The position numbers and the translations under genes were made by a program. A stretch of 50,230 nt of DNA, from positions 1 to 50,230 of the forward strand of contig MHSR01000025.1 in assembly GCA_001822815.1 (NCBI GenBank), given 5' to 3'. The notes below the pieces were generated by a model. That model was not told where the DNA came from. It made no database searches and saw only the letters and a program-made list of their open reading frames with translations. This document shows positions 38,044-48,017 of the stretch, piece by piece. This DNA is from Candidatus Terrybacteria bacterium RIFCSPHIGHO2_01_FULL_43_35 (lineage in GTDB: Bacteria; Patescibacteriota; Minisyncoccia; Terrybacterales; GWB1-40-14). Each line of letters starts with the position of its first letter. Position 1 is the first letter of the stretch.

Positions 38044-39018
38044 CTATTGCGCATCCACCAAGGCCAGTTGTATCAGATGTTCTAATAATTCGGCGAAACC
38101 CAAACCTCTAGCTTGAGCCTGTTTTGGCAAAAGCGACTGATCGGTTAGACCTGGCAGAGTATTTATTTCAAGTATATGAGGTACGTTATTTTTTAAGATC
38201 ATATCAACCCTCGAATAGTGTCGCGCGCCTATTGCTGCATGAGCCCTTAAAGCCGCCTCCCGTGCCAGCTCAGCCACTTTGTTGTCTATTGGTGCGGGAG
38301 TTATCTCCATGGTTTCTCCGGAATATTTTGCCGAAAAATCAAAAAAATCATGTTTAGGAGGAGGTATTATCTGCGTTAAAGGAAGCGCAAATATCTGCTT
38401 TGTTTTTAAATCCTCAAGCACGCCACAAGTAATCTCAATACCATCTATATATTCTTCCACCAAAATTACTGATCCAAATTTCCATGCTTCGGCCATTGCC
38501 GGCACCAACTGTTTGACATATTTTGCAAAACTAACTCCTACCGAAGAACCAGCCTGTGCAGGTTTAACAAGCCATGAGCCGTTTGGCATAACACGAATTA
38601 TTTCCTTAGCTCTTTCTTCAGGCGGCAGAGAATTTTTAATCATAACCATGCCTTCAGGAATATTTAATCCTGATGCTCGAAAAATTACTCGGCTGATGGA
38701 TTTGTCAAAAGCCAAGGCGCTTGCTCCCACGCGCGAGCCGGTATAGGGAACGCTGAAATTTTCCAATATGGCTTGCAAATGTCCGTCTTCACCCCATTGA
38801 CCATGCGTGGCAAGCAAAGCAACCTTTATATCAGATAATGCCCTTTCTATGGAAACGGTTTTGCCGTCAACATGCCAATAGCCTTCTTTACTTACAATTA
38901 TCGGTTTTATATTACGGTATCGCTCCGCCAAGACGCGCAAAATCATCTGCCCGGAATGAAGAGAAATCTCGTGTTCCGAGGACGGTCCGCCCATTATTAC
39001 CGCTATTGACTGCGCCAT
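38044..39018 (-). CDS. ddl: D-alanine--D-alanine ligase
   Basis: MGGPSSEHEIS, HGQWGEDG, GSSVG, FDFSAKY, EINTLPG. Confidence 0.96.
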   Translation of the reverse strand: MAQSIAVIMGGPSSEHEISLHSGQMILRVLAERYRNIKPIIVSKEGYWHVDGKTVSIERALSDIKVALLATHGQWGEDGHLQAILENFSVPYTGSRVGASALAFDKSISRVIFRASGLNIPEGMVMIKNSLPPEERAKEIIRVMPNGSWLVKPAQAGSSVGVSFAKYVKQLVPAMAEAWKFGSVILVEEYIDGIEITCGVLEDLKTKQIFALPLTQIIPPPKHDFFDFSAKYSGETMEITPAPIDNKVAELAREAALRAHAAIGARHYSRVDMILKNNVPHILEINTLPGLTDQSLLPKQAQARGLGFAELLEHLIQLALVDAQ

Positions 39019-39088
39019 GCTCTAATTTTCGCATAAAAAAAGCCGCGTAGCGAGCGCAGTTGGTAAAGCGATAAATAAAGCTTAAATG

Positions 39089-39361
39089 TCACCCTCTCGA
39101 CAATTCTTTTCTTAAATTTTCCGCTTCTTGGAGTATAAATTTGGGGAAATCGGGCATGTACTCTTCCAAAAAAGCTAGTTTTATCTGGTCATCTAAATTG
39201 ACATCGTGAAAAAGCTTTAAAAAGCGTTCGGCTACTTTCGGCGACATTGCGTCATGAGCGCGTTTTATAGCGCGCAAAAGAATAATATGCTGGGCATCGG
39301 CCGAAATCTTATCTCGGTCTTCTTCAGGAAGTAAATTAAATAAATCCAACGGATCGGTCAT
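39089..39361 (-). CDS. small hypothetical protein
   Basis: 90-aa helical ORF 14 nt downstream of 39376..40662. Confidence 0.65.
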   Translation of the reverse strand: MTDPLDLFNLLPEEDRDKISADAQHIILLRAIKRAHDAMSPKVAERFLKLFHDVNLDDQIKLAFLEEYMPDFPKFILQEAENLRKELSRG

Positions 39362-39375
39362 AAAAAATTAAATTT

Positions 39376-40662
39376 TTAAGCCCCGGCCTTAGCTTTTTCT
39401 GGCGAACCCTCAATCATACGCTTGGCCCAGGCAGGCGCGTCAGAATATAATTCGCTTGAAAACAGGTCCTTAACCACCCATTTCATTGTTTTTTCTATGG
39501 CCCACGTAAAAAGCCACAAGAAACTTAAGCCCAAAACGATCGCGCCGCCTTTAAGCGCTCCTTTGTCTATTTTACCCAAACCAGCTTTTTGCAAAAGAGC
39601 TTTTGCTGCCAGCATTGGAGCTGTTGGTGCAGCTATAACATATTGTTCATGATCATTAAGCCAATTTTCTATTTGGCCGAATTTTTGCCCAAGAGCTTGC
39701 ATTTGCGGTGTTTCCTTAATCTTTGATAGTTTTTCTTGTACAGCATCACGCCTGCGCAATAATTGTTCAAGTGTGTATTCGCCTAAACTTATTTCTTCTT
39801 TGCCGAGCTTCGCCAATAAAATATCAGCCTCGGCTTCTTTAACCAATGCTGAATTCCTGAAAGCCGTCTTACTGAAAGCGGATATCGCTTCATAATCAGC
39901 GCCGTTCTTCCAGGCCAAAGTGTGTACTATACTCTTGACCGCTTCGTCATGAACCGCATCATCTTCAAGAAGTTTAAGCGCCACTTTGGCATTTTCCAAA
40001 TTTCCTGCCCCGGCCATGTGCGCCGCAATCAATTTCAAGGCACGGTTTCGCTGTTCTTCATCTTCAATAAGCGCTGTCTTTAAAAGCAAGCCCGTGAATT
40101 CCCTTTTTGCTTTTTGGATTTTATATGCTTCAAGCCGTTCGGCAGAAATACCTTGAACGTCTTTCATAACGGCAAATCTATCAGAATGCAATACTTCATA
40201 TTTTTTTCTTGCCTGCGCAATTTTAATTTCGGCCTTATCCATTTCTTCAGCTGAACCAGCTCCAAGCAAGTTTTGAGTGGTATCATTGAGCCTTCCTTTC
40301 GCTTGCCTTTCTTCGGTAGATTCGTATTTAGATATAACTTCCACCAAAGCGGAGTTTTTCAAATCACCCGCAGCCAAAGCTCGGTTGGCCAATCTTATTT
40401 CTTCACGCAGCTCATCCGCTGCTTTTTCGTCCATCCGTCCATTTTGAACCGCATCTTTCAAATATTCCACACCGCTGTAAAAAATGCCGCGAGCGTAAGC
40501 CTCAAATTCAAAATTATCATTTAACAAATTTATATGTTTCGTTTCCGTGACCGCATCGGATTCAACTATTATATTCTCGGTCTGAATATCCGGGTTTGAA
40601 TCCGGTCTTTTTGTTTCTTTGTAAGCTTCTTGTTCGGGCATAGGATTCTCTGGATTAAACAT
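39376..40662 (-). CDS. helical hypothetical protein with C-terminal TM
   Basis: 428-aa ORF; hydrophobic GAIVLGLSFLWLFTW near C-terminus; TATAAT 6 nt before ATG. Confidence 0.78.
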   Translation of the reverse strand: MFNPENPMPEQEAYKETKRPDSNPDIQTENIIVESDAVTETKHINLLNDNFEFEAYARGIFYSGVEYLKDAVQNGRMDEKAADELREEIRLANRALAAGDLKNSALVEVISKYESTEERQAKGRLNDTTQNLLGAGSAEEMDKAEIKIAQARKKYEVLHSDRFAVMKDVQGISAERLEAYKIQKAKREFTGLLLKTALIEDEEQRNRALKLIAAHMAGAGNLENAKVALKLLEDDAVHDEAVKSIVHTLAWKNGADYEAISAFSKTAFRNSALVKEAEADILLAKLGKEEISLGEYTLEQLLRRRDAVQEKLSKIKETPQMQALGQKFGQIENWLNDHEQYVIAAPTAPMLAAKALLQKAGLGKIDKGALKGGAIVLGLSFLWLFTWAIEKTMKWVVKDLFSSELYSDAPAWAKRMIEGSPEKAKAGA

Positions 40663-40702
40663 ATCTTAATTATAATATAAATTTCTTACTTTGTCAATAA
40701 TT

Positions 40703-43246
40703 TTATCTGTTGGTTTCTCCGGGCACGAATGTTGCCGGACCGCTGGTATTTGCGGCAAGCTTAGAACGGCTGAATATCTCGTTTTCAACTTCTGCTTTGG
40801 GCCGGCCCCAGCGCATACGCGAAAGTTCTTTCAATGCCGCTATCGCATCCGGATTACCAGGACTTGGCGGAAACAATTCGGTATTGAACGGCAGGGTATT
40901 TTTACCGTGTACCATTAATTTCACATAATTACTGAAATTATCTATATTAACCAAATCTCGCTCATTAAAAACCGGGGCGAATTGTTTAACCAAAAACTCT
41001 GCATCCTTTGAACCTACACGGAAAGAAATTATTGATCCCACGTTGCCAAAAACAGCTTCGCGTATCTGATCGCTTAATTGCGAAATAAATTGATGAGCAA
41101 TTATTAGATCCAGTTTGTATTTCCGCGCTTCGGAAAGAATAGTAGATATAGAATCGGTCGTGAAATTCTGAAACTCGTCCACATAAAGGAAGAAATCTTT
41201 GCGGTGTTCTTCGGCCATGCTGGCGCGGGACATGGCCGCCATCTGCATTTTGGCAACCAGCACAAGACCCAAAAGCGATGAGTTGACTTCACCGGTTTTG
41301 CCTTTAGAAAGATTGGCTATGAAAATCTTGCCGCTATCCATTATTTCTTTCAAGTCAAAACCCGACTTTGCCTGACCGATTATATTCCGCAGCATTTCAT
41401 TCTCAACAAAACGGCCAACCTTGGAAATAAGATAACCCAACATTTCTGACTTATGAAACTCTGTAGTTTTAGCCATCTCTTTTTCCCAAAAAGCCTTGAC
41501 CATGGGATCACGGACTTTTGCGACTTTGGTGGCGGCGAAGACTTCATCAGTAAAAATGCGCGGTATTTCAGCTATGGTACCCGGATCTTCGGCATCGGCC
41601 ATTAGAGTAAGCATGGCATTGCGCATATTGTGTTCAAACATGGGGCCAATTACTTCTGGTGGAAACAACTTTTCAAAGATGCGGATCATTTCTTGCACCG
41701 CAAAATCTTTTTGCTCCGACGTTTTCCACTCAAGCATATTTAAGCCTATTGGTCTTTCTGTATCTGAGGGATCAAAATATATCACGTCTTCGGCTCTTGT
41801 ACGCGGTACAATCGCAAGAACACTGTCGGCCAAATCACCATGCGGATCAATTACTCCAACGCCGTTCCCGGCAAGTATATCCTGACGAATCATTTCCTGC
41901 AGAAGCGTGGTTTTACCTGTTCCAGTTTGACCTACTATATAAAGATGTCTTCTTCTGTCTTCAATAGCCATGCGCACTAAGGTTTCTTGGCCGCGATAAA
42001 TGTTACGGCCAAGGATAATACCTTCTTTGGACAAATCAACCGGTGGGGCAGACGGCCTAGCTTTAAGAAACTCTACTTTCGGCGTATCCAATGGAACGTT
42101 GGGAAAATGAAATATGCTGGCGATTTCCTCGGAACTTAAAGCGATGCTTTCTTCCGACCTGAATATCCTGAAAGCGTAGCGGAATAAAAGATTTTGCAAG
42201 GACTTGCCGCTTTTGCGCCTACTTCGGAAACTATTCAAATGCGGGTCGCTGAACTGCGCAAAAGCGCCTTCCATATGGATTAAAATCTCTTCGGCTTCGG
42301 GTTCGCTTGGCGCCGAAGCTATAAGTCGTATATTTGTATCAAAAAAAAGTTTTGAGCTTTTGTTTTCTACGGCTTTAATGATCTCCTGATGCATTGGGGT
42401 TATGGGTTGTTGGGATTCCGCAAACCATGGCGTACTTGCGTTGAGAGGACTCATGCGATTTTGTTGCTGTTGCGTTGCTTGGCGCTGCATTTCCTTATTG
42501 CTTTTGCCACCCAAAACTTTACCCATCTCGATTAAGACAGAATGAACGCTGACAGTGACTTCTCTTTTGGCTCTGAAGAAATCGTGGCCGCTTTTTTGCA
42601 TTTGTTTAGCTATCCTTACACTCAACTTTCTTTTTCTGTTGCCGCCCGGTCGTACAACTAACTGTATCGCTGCGCCCTCGCCGGTCTCTTTTAGTTTGCT
42701 TAACGCGTTGGTTATGGTTTCTAAAGGATCTACTTCAAGATTACGGTAAGTTTTTATAGGAAGCGCCCAATGATTAGATAAGACAAGAGTTGCTCCGGCG
42801 CTAATGCCTTGCGGATGAAAAATGTTGTAATCGTTAATTGGCATTATTTCGGCATCAGGATAAAGGCCGTGCACGGCTTTTTCAAAGGCGCTAACCCAAC
42901 GCCGTGGAGCGGCATAATAAAAAGTTATCTCCTCGCCTACATTTGGACTGGCGATCTCAAAAACAATATACGGCCGGCCCAAAATTAATCCTAATATCCC
43001 ACGTTCGCGCATCTGTGTGATACCTGACAATAATTGTTCCATAATACCTATCAAATCCTTTTGGGATCTTTGTTGCTTTTCGCCTACTTCCCTTTCAGTA
43101 AAAACTCTGGGCAGTCGCACTCTTACCAAAGTTAAATTAAGCGCGCGTATTAAAAGATAGTGTTCGCTTAAACGAGAAAATATAAAATAACCCGCCAAGG
43201 CTAATATTCCGACGAAAATAAAAAATATCATATGTGCTTTACTCAA
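40703..43246 (-). CDS. membrane-anchored HerA/DUF87/VirD4-TraD-like ATPase
   Basis: N-terminal TM; RRHLYIVGQTGTGKT, VIDPHGD, LYVDEFQNF, SEARKY, AHQ..SQL, GNVG. Confidence 0.9.
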   Translation of the reverse strand: MSKAHMIFFIFVGILALAGYFIFSRLSEHYLLIRALNLTLVRVRLPRVFTEREVGEKQQRSQKDLIGIMEQLLSGITQMRERGILGLILGRPYIVFEIASPNVGEEITFYYAAPRRWVSAFEKAVHGLYPDAEIMPINDYNIFHPQGISAGATLVLSNHWALPIKTYRNLEVDPLETITNALSKLKETGEGAAIQLVVRPGGNRKRKLSVRIAKQMQKSGHDFFRAKREVTVSVHSVLIEMGKVLGGKSNKEMQRQATQQQQNRMSPLNASTPWFAESQQPITPMHQEIIKAVENKSSKLFFDTNIRLIASAPSEPEAEEILIHMEGAFAQFSDPHLNSFRSRRKSGKSLQNLLFRYAFRIFRSEESIALSSEEIASIFHFPNVPLDTPKVEFLKARPSAPPVDLSKEGIILGRNIYRGQETLVRMAIEDRRRHLYIVGQTGTGKTTLLQEMIRQDILAGNGVGVIDPHGDLADSVLAIVPRTRAEDVIYFDPSDTERPIGLNMLEWKTSEQKDFAVQEMIRIFEKLFPPEVIGPMFEHNMRNAMLTLMADAEDPGTIAEIPRIFTDEVFAATKVAKVRDPMVKAFWEKEMAKTTEFHKSEMLGYLISKVGRFVENEMLRNIIGQAKSGFDLKEIMDSGKIFIANLSKGKTGEVNSSLLGLVLVAKMQMAAMSRASMAEEHRKDFFLYVDEFQNFTTDSISTILSEARKYKLDLIIAHQFISQLSDQIREAVFGNVGSIISFRVGSKDAEFLVKQFAPVFNERDLVNIDNFSNYVKLMVHGKNTLPFNTELFPPSPGNPDAIAALKELSRMRWGRPKAEVENEIFSRSKLAANTSGPATFVPGETNR

Positions 43247-43652
43247 GTATTATTTTCTTTCTTTTAACCAATTCGTTGAAAAACATGCTGGTCAACGCGT
43301 CATGCAAAGAATCATAAACAAAAGGATCATTCAGACTTTTGACTACTTCAATGGCATGGTCAATACTTTGCTCAAGGGCAATATTAACCAAAATGGCAAC
43401 CTGTTTGTCTGGAGAAATAGAAATAAGTTCTTCTTTGCTAGGAACTTTAGTTGTGCTTTGGCCCTGTTTCATTATCGGTTGCGCAATAAATTGGGGCGTC
43501 TTGGCGCTGATCATACGTTCGGCCACCGCCTCGCGCACTATTTCTTTTTCAGGCTTTTGTTCTTGCGTGCCACTCAAGGCCTGCCGCTTTTCTGCAAGCC
43601 TAGCCTCCAAAGCGGCTATTTCCTGTTCTATATGTTGCGGCTGTTCAGTCAT
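43239..43652 (-). CDS. hypothetical protein overlapping the ATPase start
   Basis: Coiled N-terminus, C-terminal LNDPFVYDSLHDAL; 8-nt overlap with the ATPase gene. Confidence 0.75.
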   Translation of the reverse strand: MTEQPQHIEQEIAALEARLAEKRQALSGTQEQKPEKEIVREAVAERMISAKTPQFIAQPIMKQGQSTTKVPSKEELISISPDKQVAILVNIALEQSIDHAIEVVKSLNDPFVYDSLHDALTSMFFNELVKRKKIILE

Positions 43653-43701
43653 TTTAATAAAAATGCTTAATTCCTATGTATATTATAACACAAAAGAACG
43701 A

Positions 43702-44742
43702 TTAAACCGATTTTAGATTTTTATCTATAAACAAAAAGGACAAAACTGTCCCTAAAATAAAAAGCAGAATTATGATAAATTTCGCAATACCGGCAAAAAT
43801 TATAGATAAAACTCCGGCCACGGATGTTATAACGAGCAAAAAAACTAAAATTTTCTTCTCGCTCCATCCGCGCTTAAGTAAACGATGGTGCAAATGAGTG
43901 GCATCACCGACAAAAATACTTTTGCGGCGCATAAACCTTCCGGCAATGACCCATAAGACATCTATTAAAGGTATGGCAAAAACCAAAAAAGTCGTAGCAA
44001 CTTTGGCGCCGGCAAAAACCGACATAGCGCCCAAAATAAATCCTATAGCTATGCTTGAACCGCCAAGATATATCTTAGCTTTAGGAAAATTCCAGATAAA
44101 AAATCCGAGGGTGGCACCGGCCAAAATAGATGAAAGTATGGCTACCGGCGGTTGAAAAACGCTTGCTGTTAAGGACAGCAACGCCAAGATAATAAAAGCA
44201 ATACTTCCCACTCCCGATGCCAAACCGTCTATTCCGTCCAGCCAATTGAAAGCGTTTGCGAAAACTAATAACCAGATAACGATAAAAATGGTTCCTAAGA
44301 TTGGAATGGAGTCAACACCCGGAAAATTTACCTGCCATTGATCTAATTTTAAAACTCCGCCAAAAGGATTATTTATATAAAATAATCTGACGCCTGACGC
44401 CACTATTACAAAACAAGCGGCTAGTTGAGCATACAGTTGAGTTTGCCACGATAAAGGTTTTATATCATCAACTATTCCTACCACAATAAGGAGCAGGGTT
44501 GCGGCTATTATGGCGGCAATTATTTTGGTTATCACTAAACCTGGATAAAACACCGTTATAAGCACAAAGGTCAAAAATATCGCGGCCCCGCCAAGCATAG
44601 GTTTTGCATGTAAGCCTGCATGCCTACTCCCAAGTCTGCTTAAAACTTTTAACCGTAAGGCTAAAAAACGTATAAAGGCAGTTAACGATAAAGATAAAAA
44701 AATAGCTGTTATTGTGGGCAGGAAAATATAGCTGAAAAACAT
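43702..44742 (-). CDS. WecA/TagO-like undecaprenyl-phosphate GlcNAc-1-P transferase (MraY family)
   Basis: PMLGG, GIVDD, NAFNWLDGIDGL, NFPKAKIYLG, HLHHRL. Confidence 0.9.
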   Translation of the reverse strand: MFFSYIFLPTITAIFLSLSLTAFIRFLALRLKVLSRLGSRHAGLHAKPMLGGAAIFLTFVLITVFYPGLVITKIIAAIIAATLLLIVVGIVDDIKPLSWQTQLYAQLAACFVIVASGVRLFYINNPFGGVLKLDQWQVNFPGVDSIPILGTIFIVIWLLVFANAFNWLDGIDGLASGVGSIAFIILALLSLTASVFQPPVAILSSILAGATLGFFIWNFPKAKIYLGGSSIAIGFILGAMSVFAGAKVATTFLVFAIPLIDVLWVIAGRFMRRKSIFVGDATHLHHRLLKRGWSEKKILVFLLVITSVAGVLSIIFAGIAKFIIILLFILGTVLSFLFIDKNLKSV

Positions 44743-44754
44743 AATCTAAAATAA

Positions 44755-44860
44755 CCTAAAACTAAAAGCGTAAAGCACAAAAGAATAATCCGTACATATA
44801 ATCGAATGTTAAATTTTGCGCCGTTCTTTTTAATCTTTCGTTTTGCGGTTTGCGTTTTTA
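44755..44860. repeat. heptamer-repeat inverted element
   Basis: CCTAAAA CTAAAAG CGTAAAG CACAAAA ... TCTTTCG TTTTGCG GTTTGCG TTTTTA. Confidence 0.65.
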
Positions 44861-45214
44861 AATTCGATAGTTAAATCTAAGCAGAGCCATAAGCGCAATA
44901 AACAGAAAAATCTGTAATATTATTGGGAACACGTAAAATATATAAAATAATAAACCTTCGCGATTCTTAATAAAGATGGCGATCGCGGTATTCAAAACTA
45001 AAAGTACCAGCCCCAAAAACGGCACTATATACAAATTCTGCTGAGTACCGAAAATATCACTGCCGCTCAAAATAGAATAGTGTATCACGTAGGGTATTTC
45101 GGAGGGCGGAAATCCTCGCCAGACAATAATCCAAAGCGTTAAATTTATCAACGCGCTACTTAAAACCGAAGTAAAGAAAAGCGTATTTTTAGATTTAAGC
45201 TTTGTCAACTTCAT
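44858..45214 (-). CDS. 3-TM hypothetical membrane protein
   Basis: Hydrophobic, IHY...G.D..G pattern; overlaps the P-type ATPase stop. Confidence 0.72.
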   Translation of the reverse strand: MKLTKLKSKNTLFFTSVLSSALINLTLWIIVWRGFPPSEIPYVIHYSILSGSDIFGTQQNLYIVPFLGLVLLVLNTAIAIFIKNREGLLFYIFYVFPIILQIFLFIALMALLRFNYRI

Positions 45215-47864
45215 AAATTTTTAGCTGCTTTCTTTCTTTTTCATCTAAAAGGCCCAGAATAATCTTGATCATTTCGAAAAGGAGTACACCGAAGGCGACG
45301 TAAATAGCCACGATACCTAAATCACCAAACGATAACGGCACTGTTTGCAGTATGGCTTGCAGGGGCGGTAGGTATATGGCGCTGAACATCAGGCCCAAAC
45401 CGGCCAAAATAGCAGTAGGCATCCACGGGTTTTCCCATGGCTTGCTTTTCCAAATGGGTACACTCAACTTACGTATCGATAATATATAGAAAAGCGAATC
45501 AATGCCCGAGGCGGCAAAAACTATCGTGCGCGCCTCATCCAAAGGAATACTACCCTGCATCCAAATAAAAATACCTAACAGCAAAACACTAGTGGCTATA
45601 CTAACACCGAGCATAAGAGCCAATGCTTGTAGGTTCACTATGGGCATGTCGCGTGGTGTAGGCGGACGGCTCATAACATCGTGCTCTCCTTTTTCAAAAG
45701 CCAAGGCAAAATTAGGCAAGCTGTCCTCAGCCAGATTTATCCATAAAATCTGCGCTGCCAGAAGCGGCAAAATGCCGGTGGGCACAACACCAAAAATGCT
45801 TAGTAGAAGATAACCACCAACAAGTATAATCTCTCCCACCGAATCTATAAAAAGAAAAAGTGTGGCCTTGCGTATGTTATCAAATATGACCCGGCCTTCT
45901 TTTATAGCTTCAACTATCGTTTCAAAATTACTATCCAGTAAAATAATATCCGAGGCTTCTTTCGCCACGTCTGCGGCTCCGCCTACGGCAATACCGATGT
46001 CAGCCTTCTTTAAGGCCGGAGCGTCGTTTATACCATCGCCAGTCATGGCTACGACTTCGCCTTGTGCCTGAAGGGCCGAGACGATTTTCAGCTTTTGATG
46101 AGGCAATACTCTTGCGTATAACCCGACATTACTTACTTGCTGGGCGAAAATTTCATCCGGCATACTTTCAAGTTCTGTGCCGCTTATAACCCTTTCGCCT
46201 TTTTCAAAAATACCTAATTTAGCCGCAACGTTTTGAGCGGTTAAAATATGGTCGCCGGTCAATATTGAAACTTTCACACCAGCTCTCTCCATATCAACTA
46301 ACGCGTCTTTGGTACTCAAACGTAGAGGGTCTTCAATAACCGCAAATCCTATCAAGATCAGCTCTTCAAGAGGGTTATTTATGTCCTCAAGATGCAGAGG
46401 CGCGCCATCAACCTTAAAGCGGCGATATCCCAAAGCAATAAGCCTGTAGCCCTGTCCGCTTGATTCGTCGTGCTTTTGCATCAAACGTTCGCGATCCGCA
46501 TCCAACATCGGGATGTTTAAATCTTTATGCATGAAAAAGCTTGCTGAAGGCAAAAGTATTTCAGCGGCGCCTTTGACGTAAATGGTCGTGCCTTCTTCTT
46601 CTATAACCAAAGCGGCCATATACCTATTAAGAGATTCAAAGGGCAGGATGTCTAAGGTACGATCCTTGCGCATGGAAATAATATCGCCGTGTCCAGCTTC
46701 GCGTGCTGCATGCAGTAAGGCTACATCGGTTGTTTCACCTAATATTTTTCCGCCGGGTTCAATTTGCGCTTCGTTGCAGAAAATGCCCGCTCTCAAAAGC
46801 ATATCGCGTGTCGGCTCGCCTCCTTCAACAATAAAATCGACGACTTGCATTTGCCCCTCGGTCAACGTACCTGTTTTATCTACGCAAAGCGCCGTGACCG
46901 AACCTAGGGTTTCTGCGGCTACTAATTTTCTTATTAGTGCCTTGCGTTCTAAAAGGCGTCTCATGCCAACTGTGAGAATAATAGTTACTGCAACAACCAA
47001 TTCGGCTGGTATGGCCGCAACGGCTATAGCAACCGCGGTAGCAAATATTTTAACAGGTGGAATGGCCGTAGATAATCCGATGATAAAAATTGCAGAAGCA
47101 ATGCCAATAATGCCGACTGTAACAAAATTAGCCAGGTGCTGTAAACGTTTTTGCAACGGCGTCAATCCTTCTTCAAGCTCTACCAAACTTTGTGCAATAC
47201 CACCCGCTTGCGTATTAATTCCCGTTGCAACAACAACGCTTAGACCATCGCCGCGGTTAACTATTGTTCCGGCATATACCATATTGGTACGGTCAGGAAC
47301 AGAAGCGCCTTCGGCTATAACTTCAGAACTCTTCTTTATGGGCAATGTTTCTCCTGTAAGCAAGGCTTCAGAAATCTCGAGCATGTCGGCTTCAATGACT
47401 CGAGCGTCGGCGAGCACCCTCTCACCTGCTCTCAATATCAGAATATCCCCTGGAACAACTTGATCTGCCGGAATCATTATCAACGAACCTTCACGTATTA
47501 TCGGAGCATCATACTTCACTAGCGCCTTCAAGGCCTCAATGGTGCGCTCAGACTTCAATTCCTGAAAAAATCCAAAAAATACGTTCACGAACAATGCTAT
47601 CAGAATCACCAAAGAATCAAGGGGGTCTTTAAGCCAAAGTGTTATACCTGCGGCAATCAAAAGTATGACAACAAATGGATTCTCAAACTGCTCCCACAAA
47701 AAACCCACAATGGTATGCCTAGCTCCTTCGGGTAAGGTATTGGGCCCGAATTCTTTGAGCCTTTTCGCAGCCTCTGTATTATCAATACCAGCGCGCTTTG
47801 TTTTAAGCTGCGTTAAAACCTCCCTTTCGGGCAAAATATGCCAAGGTTTAGCATATATAGACAT
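45195..47864 (-). CDS. P-type cation-transporting ATPase (type II-like)
   Basis: LTGET, DKTGTLT, KGAAE, TGDH, MTGDGINDAPALK. Confidence 0.95.
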   Translation of the reverse strand: MSIYAKPWHILPEREVLTQLKTKRAGIDNTEAAKRLKEFGPNTLPEGARHTIVGFLWEQFENPFVVILLIAAGITLWLKDPLDSLVILIALFVNVFFGFFQELKSERTIEALKALVKYDAPIIREGSLIMIPADQVVPGDILILRAGERVLADARVIEADMLEISEALLTGETLPIKKSSEVIAEGASVPDRTNMVYAGTIVNRGDGLSVVVATGINTQAGGIAQSLVELEEGLTPLQKRLQHLANFVTVGIIGIASAIFIIGLSTAIPPVKIFATAVAIAVAAIPAELVVAVTIILTVGMRRLLERKALIRKLVAAETLGSVTALCVDKTGTLTEGQMQVVDFIVEGGEPTRDMLLRAGIFCNEAQIEPGGKILGETTDVALLHAAREAGHGDIISMRKDRTLDILPFESLNRYMAALVIEEEGTTIYVKGAAEILLPSASFFMHKDLNIPMLDADRERLMQKHDESSGQGYRLIALGYRRFKVDGAPLHLEDINNPLEELILIGFAVIEDPLRLSTKDALVDMERAGVKVSILTGDHILTAQNVAAKLGIFEKGERVISGTELESMPDEIFAQQVSNVGLYARVLPHQKLKIVSALQAQGEVVAMTGDGINDAPALKKADIGIAVGGAADVAKEASDIILLDSNFETIVEAIKEGRVIFDNIRKATLFLFIDSVGEIILVGGYLLLSIFGVVPTGILPLLAAQILWINLAEDSLPNFALAFEKGEHDVMSRPPTPRDMPIVNLQALALMLGVSIATSVLLLGIFIWMQGSIPLDEARTIVFAASGIDSLFYILSIRKLSVPIWKSKPWENPWMPTAILAGLGLMFSAIYLPPLQAILQTVPLSFGDLGIVAIYVAFGVLLFEMIKIILGLLDEKERKQLKIYEVDKA

Positions 47865-47950
47865 ACACTTAATTATAAGGCTTTAAGGCACACCCTCAAA
47901 GCGCTGGTTTACCAGCCAAAAAACGGCCTCGTTTAGAAAATTTTACTATT

Positions 47951-47959
47951 TGTGGATAA
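47951..47959. promoter_or_regulatory. consensus DnaA box
   Basis: TGTGGATAA (reverse complement of TTATCCACA); second copy at 48180-48188. Confidence 0.45.
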
Positions 47960-47987
47960 CTACACTATTATGTGCGTGTTAATATAA

Positions 47988-48014
47988 AAATGAAGCGAAA
48001 AAATCGCTTCATTT
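47988..48014. other. perfect 11-bp hairpin immediately 5' of the tRNA-like gene
   Basis: AAATGAAGCGA-AAAAA-TCGCTTCATTT. Confidence 0.75.
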
Positions 48015-48017
48015 CGC

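Noticed and set aside
36293-38116. ORFs 36293..36475, 37841..38116 and 21006..21191
   Set aside because: They are translations of the REP-like repeats overlapping real genes
38044-39018. Ddl as a D-Ala-D-Lac (vancomycin-resistance type) ligase
   Set aside because: The omega-loop AKY tyrosine is retained and there is no van cluster
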